Part shown: positions 28,373-32,000 of the stretch, one piece after another
Numbering within the stretch: position 1 is the first letter of the stretch
Layout of the letters: each line of letters begins with the position of its first letter
Assembly: GCA_965224465.1 (NCBI GenBank)
Contig: OZ245049.1
Coordinates: 450,001-482,000 of the forward strand
Direction: 5' to 3'
From: Flavobacteriaceae bacterium
Lineage (GTDB): Bacteria > Bacteroidota > Bacteroidia > Flavobacteriales > Flavobacteriaceae
Length of the DNA: 32,000 bases
The notes under the pieces: generated by a model
The model's input: the letters and a program-made list of their open reading frames with translations, nothing else
Database searches by the model: none
Told to the model about the DNA's origin: nothing
Position numbers and translations under genes: made by a program

Positions 28373-28676
28373 AGAAGATGTCATTATCTGGGGAGGTCTC
28401 CAAAGCCACGAGTTGGTTCTATGGAGAAGTCAGCAGACGTCTAGTACCTATAGGAAACGAGTTGAGGAAAGACCTCAGAGGTCTCACAAATAGGGAAGGA
28501 CAGAACATTAAATTACGTTGGAATTCAATTAGAATGCCTAGCTAGCCTAGTTTTAAACCAACAGGAGTACCCGAATTATTTAACCTATGATTGACAAAGT
28601 ATTAGAAGCTACCAACCTTTTTAAAGCAGCACGTCAAGTAAAGCGAAATAAAGGTGCGAGCGGAGTTGATGGGATG

Positions 28677-28767
28677 AACCATCCGAGAAGAAATATTCCT
28701 AAGAAAGACTATTTATCTTCGGATGCTCTATGTGACCGATTTAAATAAATAAAACCGTCACATAAAA
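28677..28767. repeat. ~90-nt hairpin-bearing miniature insertion inside the RT ORF
   Basis: Lies between GVDGM and VTELSTY, which are normally separated by one or two residues. Contains the inverted repeats atccgagaagaaata/tatttatcttcggat and tgtgac/gtcaca. Confidence 0.55.
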
Positions 28768-28995
28768 GTAACGGAACTTTCAACTTATATAGTTGAAAAC
28801 CGTTCAGACATACTAACAACGATCCGTAAGAATAGCTATGATCCAAACTCAATCTTAGGAGTAAGTATTCCAAAAGGCAAGGGTAAAACCAGACTTTTAG
28901 GAATCCCAACAGTAGTAGATAGATGGCTACAACAAGCAGTAAATCAACAATTAATGGTTCAGTTCGAATATGATTTTGAGCCACTTAGTTTTGGG

Positions 28996-29044
28996 TTATT
29001 CACAGCTTTTTATTTTAGGGAGTTCATGAGCTCCCGTTGGTCGG
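28996..29044. repeat. 49-bp repeat-family unit inserted in the RT ORF
   Basis: Exactly 49 nt separate the codons ...AGT TTT GGG and TTT AGA CCT.... Removing them restores SFGFRPQK, the canonical RT SxGFRP motif. The insert ttattcacagctttttattttagggagttcatgagctcccgttggtcgg aligns to the repeat consensus. GGTT occurs at both junctions. Confidence 0.8.
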
Positions 29045-29506
29045 TTTAGACCTCAAAAGAACATCCAAAAAGCAGTATTACAAGCTCAGCAGTATATCAA
29101 TAATGGTTACCAAGATATTGTAGATATTGACCTTAAAGGGTTCTTTGATGAAGTGGACCATTGCATCCTACTACAGCTTATTTACCACAAGGTAAAATGT
29201 TTTTCCAAGTTTTTAAACCCATCGCTATTTTAGCAGCATCTGCTTGGGTGTAAATAATTTCTGCAGCCGTTTTGCCTTGTATTGCCCAATGCATTTTGTT
29301 TTGTGTAGAAGCAAAAAAATCTTTGGTGGTAAAAGCATCTATACTATAATCGGCGGAAAGTGCGTAGATGTCTGTTATTTTTTGATAAAAACGCCTTTCA
29401 CTTAAACGTATTTCTCTAATACGTTCCAGCATTTCATCAAAGTAATCTTTCCTAAAATGTTTTACCTGTTTAAGACGTTCGTCATCCATTGCAAAGCCTT
29501 TAATAA

Positions 29507-31078
29507 CTCAAGTTTCGCACTTAGATAGATTTACGCAACCTCTTGATAGTTAAGCTTGTGGGTATTCACTAGGAATCCAAAATCTTCAATATTCGCTATT
29601 ATTTTACGTGTAACCATTTCAACATCAATAGATTCAATCATCTTTTCCAAAATGTCAATCACCAAGCTGATAACTGCTAATATCCTGATGTTTAGCTTAT
29701 TCTCTATATAATCTTGTTTTAAATCTTTAAACAAGCCTCCTATAGTTTCGTAGGCTTCCATTCTATATCGAATACTGGTGAGTAAATATTGAACCATTAT
29801 AATGCTTATTTGTGCGATTTGAATATCGAAATTAGTAGACTGACATTTTCCAAGACCAAACAACTGCTTAGCTTCTTTAAAAAACACTTCTATGGACCAT
29901 CTGATACTGTATATTTCAATAGCCTTTACAAATTTCAGTGTTGTATCCGTTGATATTAACGTGTGCCATTTGCCATTCTTTCCACGTTTTGAAATAAATA
30001 CAGCAACCTTAAGACCATCAATTTCAGTTATGTAATGATGGTAGTAATAATTGAATTTACGGCATCGTTTTGGTTTTATTTTCTGTTTTTTGAGTTGTGA
30101 CAACGTTTTTATCTTTGATCGAACTTCAATCTTACTGTTGTATTTATACATCCCAATAATATGAGTTGAACTACTAATGTTCCGTAGCTTTCTAAGTAAT
30201 TTAACACTTGTAAACCAGGTGTCTATTAAGATGTAATCTATGGGGATTTTACGTTTTACAAGCCTTGAGAACATTTGAACTAGCAGGTCTGTTTTCTTTT
30301 TATTGAGTTCCTGATACCTCTTTGCTGCAATTGTTTTACTACATCTTGGAGTTTTCTTTTGAAGCCTACGTTGCTTCGCCGTTAGACCGTATTTTAATTT
30401 TGATGTTTTACTTTCACGATGCAAACTAAAGTCAACAGGGATAAATACACTTCCATTCCAATAACCAGCTACAAGTAGCTTAAAGCCTAGGTAATACGTT
30501 TTTGACACATGGTTGTATATTTTTGAAACACCTTCAATTGTCTTTCCTGTTTTAGAAAGATCAGTATCGTCAAAGATCAAGCACTTTGTAGCGTCTTGAG
30601 ATGGAGTAAAGAACTCTTCTTTTAATAGATATTGCTTCACAAACTGAGCTAGAAAAACCCTCCAATTTATCTTTTTATTTGCTAGGATTCGATAGTATGA
30701 ATCTTTACCCGACTGACCTAATCCCTTGTCTTTACTACTTGTAAGTCCATGAATAGAATCAAATCCGATAATAGGTAAAATTAAAAGTGTAGAGATTAAA
30801 TTACCGAATGAAATCCCCGATTTCTTACACCAACTAAACTTGTTTTTAATTTTATTGAATCCTAAAATATTTAGATGTGCTTGTAGGTATTCTGAACTAA
30901 GCCAAATCTTATTAAATTTTCCTTTTATCTCCTGTGTTTTTGTGATATCTTCGTGTTCTAGCATGTTTTGTACTTTCTTGTTCGTACTTAAAAGTACAAT
31001 AAAACCAGGGGATTACCTTGGTTTTCATGCTATTTATTTTTACTTAAACACCTGTAAATGATGGGTGCGAAACTTGAG
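29507..31078 (-). mobile_element. IS4-family insertion sequence (1572 bp)
   Basis: Perfect 14-bp terminal inverted repeats: ctcaagtttcgcac (29507-29520) and gtgcgaaacttgag (31065-31078). Flanked by a 7-bp direct repeat TTAATAA (29500-29506 and 31079-31085). Removing the IS and one TTAATAA copy rejoins the RhuM frame as YIIKGFAMDDERLK. Confidence 0.9.
29531..30964 (-). CDS. IS4-family DDE transposase (477 aa)
   Basis: CLIFDDTD, YILIDTWFTS and YSIRWSIEVFFKEAK. The last is the IS4 Y-x2-R-x3-E-x6-K signature. Confidence 0.9.
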   Translation of the reverse strand: MLEHEDITKTQEIKGKFNKIWLSSEYLQAHLNILGFNKIKNKFSWCKKSGISFGNLISTLLILPIIGFDSIHGLTSSKDKGLGQSGKDSYYRILANKKINWRVFLAQFVKQYLLKEEFFTPSQDATKCLIFDDTDLSKTGKTIEGVSKIYNHVSKTYYLGFKLLVAGYWNGSVFIPVDFSLHRESKTSKLKYGLTAKQRRLQKKTPRCSKTIAAKRYQELNKKKTDLLVQMFSRLVKRKIPIDYILIDTWFTSVKLLRKLRNISSSTHIIGMYKYNSKIEVRSKIKTLSQLKKQKIKPKRCRKFNYYYHHYITEIDGLKVAVFISKRGKNGKWHTLISTDTTLKFVKAIEIYSIRWSIEVFFKEAKQLFGLGKCQSTNFDIQIAQISIIMVQYLLTSIRYRMEAYETIGGLFKDLKQDYIENKLNIRILAVISLVIDILEKMIESIDVEMVTRKIIANIEDFGFLVNTHKLNYQEVA

Positions 31079-31487
31079 TTAATAATATACTAGTGCAATA
31101 TTTCGGTTGCCCATTTTCGGAATTCTATGGCCCTGGGTGAGTTTACACGGTAGCCAACAGCCGTAATGGCACGTAAATTATAAAATTTGGTGTTGTATAT
31201 TTTTCCATCTTCGGCAGTGTGTCGGAAATCCCGACATACTGATTATTCTACTAATTCTCCATCAGAGAAAACACCTTGCAAATGTTCGGTAATGGTGCTT
31301 CTGCCTTTGTCAAATAATTGACTTATTAATTTTTGAGTAAGCCACAACGTATCGTCTTTAAAATACACCGCTATATTTACCTTAGCAGTAGCTGTTTTAA
31401 AGATGACAAAATTTTCAACTTTCAATTGTTCATTATTATCCATTGTCAATGCTTTAATCATTACCAATCAATTTAGAATTTGTATTG

Positions 31488-31670
31488 CAGCTACGGTGCT
31501 TTTATTAAAACCTTTATTAGTTGCTACAATGGTTTTGCTCTTCATAATCAAAGTTATCATAGGGTTTTTATAGTTATAACTACTGCTTAAAGAAGCATAC
31601 AGCTCCGTAGGAGCAATACCTTTGTAAAAAGAAAAGCACAGAAATAAGCTAAGCTCCAGCGGAGCGACAC
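31488..31670. repeat. REP-like palindromic hairpins downstream of the RAYT gene
   Basis: GCTCCgtaGGAGC (31602-31614), GCTCCagcGGAGC (31653-31665) and a degenerate gcagctacggtgc (31488-31500). Each is followed by an ..acctttnt.. tail. A related ggagcgacctt/ggagcgacgc pair occurs at 5170-5205. Confidence 0.6.
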
Positions 31671-31672
31671 CT

Positions 31673-32000
31673 TTATTGATAGTAGTCAAATACATATTTC
31701 TCATTATAATTAATTTCAAATTTCTCTAAAAACTCTTGATACTCCTCTTTAAAAGTTTTTTTCTTATGATGCTCTGCTTGATTTAAAATATATTTTACGA
31801 CAACATCTAATTGAGATTTTGAATAGGTGAAAGCACCAAAACCTTCTTGCCATTTAAATTTGCCATTTATCCACTTTTCTTCATTTATCCATTTTGATGA
31901 ATTTGCTTTTATATCTCTTGCCATATCCGAAATAGCAACAGAAGGATGCAAACCAATTAATATGTGGGTATGGTCAGGATTGCAATAAACGGCTAATGGT
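31673..32000 (-). CDS. IS200/IS605-type Y1 (HUH) transposase, REP-associated (RAYT-like); N-terminus off-window
   Basis: The frame is open to the window edge: ...PLAVYCNPDHTHILIGLHPSVAISDMARDIKANSSKWINE...WQEGFGAFTYSKSQLDVVVKYILNQAEHHKKKTFKEEY. HUH motif (HTH) and the conserved WQxGxGAF(T/S)xS block. Confidence 0.8.
   Translation of the reverse strand, partial: PLAVYCNPDHTHILIGLHPSVAISDMARDIKANSSKWINEEKWINGKFKWQEGFGAFTYSKSQLDVVVKYILNQAEHHKKKTFKEEYQEFLEKFEINYNEKYVFDYYQ

Larger units (their letters stand above)
28376..29193 (+). mobile_element. Group II intron fragment (truncated at both the 5' and 3' ends)
   Basis: Only ~210 nt of structured-looking RNA precede an intron-type RT reading frame. 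The RT stops within domain 4, and no domain V/VI was seen. Confidence 0.7.
28587..29193 (+). pseudogene. Group II intron reverse transcriptase pseudogene
   Basis: Fragments found: MIDKVLEATNLFKAARQVKRNKGASGVDGM; VTELSTYIVENRSDILTTIRKNSYDPNSILGVSIPKGKGKTRLLGIPTVVDRWLQQAVNQQL...SFG; FRPQKNIQKAVLQAQQYINNGYQDIVDIDLKGFFDEVDHCILLQLIYHKVK. They are separated by 91-nt and 49-nt insertions, and the frame ends abruptly near 29193. Confidence 0.85.
29178..31467 (-). pseudogene. RhuM-family (virulence protein RhuM-like) pseudogene, split by an IS4-family element
   Basis: N-terminal part: 31086-31467 (DDTLWLTQKLISQLF...GELVE, in-frame TAA, SVCRDFRHTAEDGKIYNTKFYNLRAITAVGYRVNSPRAIEFRKWATEILH, in-frame TAG, YII). 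C-terminal part: 29194-29499 (KGFAMDDERLKQ...FFASTQNKMHWAIQGKTAAEIIY...GLKTWKN). It is then fused to intron RT sequence. Confidence 0.8.

Noticed and set aside
31090-31245. In-frame TAA and TAG codons in the RhuM-like gene as possible programmed readthrough or recoding.
   Set aside because: The gene is also split by an IS and truncated at its 3' end. Simple pseudogenisation explains everything.
31468-31719. An 83-aa ORF downstream of the RAYT gene.
   Set aside because: It is a translation across the REP hairpins (the GVAPLEL and GIAPTEL segments come from GCTCC...GGAGC), and it overlaps the RAYT 3' end.

Overview
AT-rich, gene-dense accessory region that looks like a Bacteroidota (Flavobacteriia-like) chromosome. 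That placement rests on lipobox lipoproteins, TAnnTTTG-type -7 boxes, and IS30, IS4 and RAYT elements. All family assignments come from motif recognition by eye; no searches were run.

Layout, left to right:
1. A tandem ~6.07 kb duplication. Each unit encodes a ~1245-aa SWIM-zinc-finger SNF2 helicase converging on a three-gene HipB/HipS/HipT-like toxin-antitoxin operon. The second unit has lost the kinase toxin and part of hipS but keeps an intact HTH gene.
2. A small orphan ORF and a bidirectional terminator.
3. A tightly coupled minus-strand operon of 140, 728 and 934 aa. Its only recognisable part is a MolR/YehI-type DUF4132 region. This is my best candidate for an uncharacterised system.
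4. A 1.3 kb ORF-free region.
5. A lipoprotein plus a Tle1-like DUF2235 phospholipase, which looks like an effector/immunity pair.
6. An IS30 element, an unknown lipoprotein, and a 1155-aa enzyme-like protein that may be a PPi-type PEPCK.
7. A mobile-element graveyard: a group II intron fragment whose RT is broken by two miniature insertions, a RhuM-like pseudogene split by an IS4-family element, and REP hairpins with a RAYT transposase.

A dispersed and tandem 49-bp repeat family occurs at seven or more loci and brackets several of these modules. One copy is a precise 49-bp insertion into the RT reading frame. No tRNA, rRNA or CRISPR array was seen.
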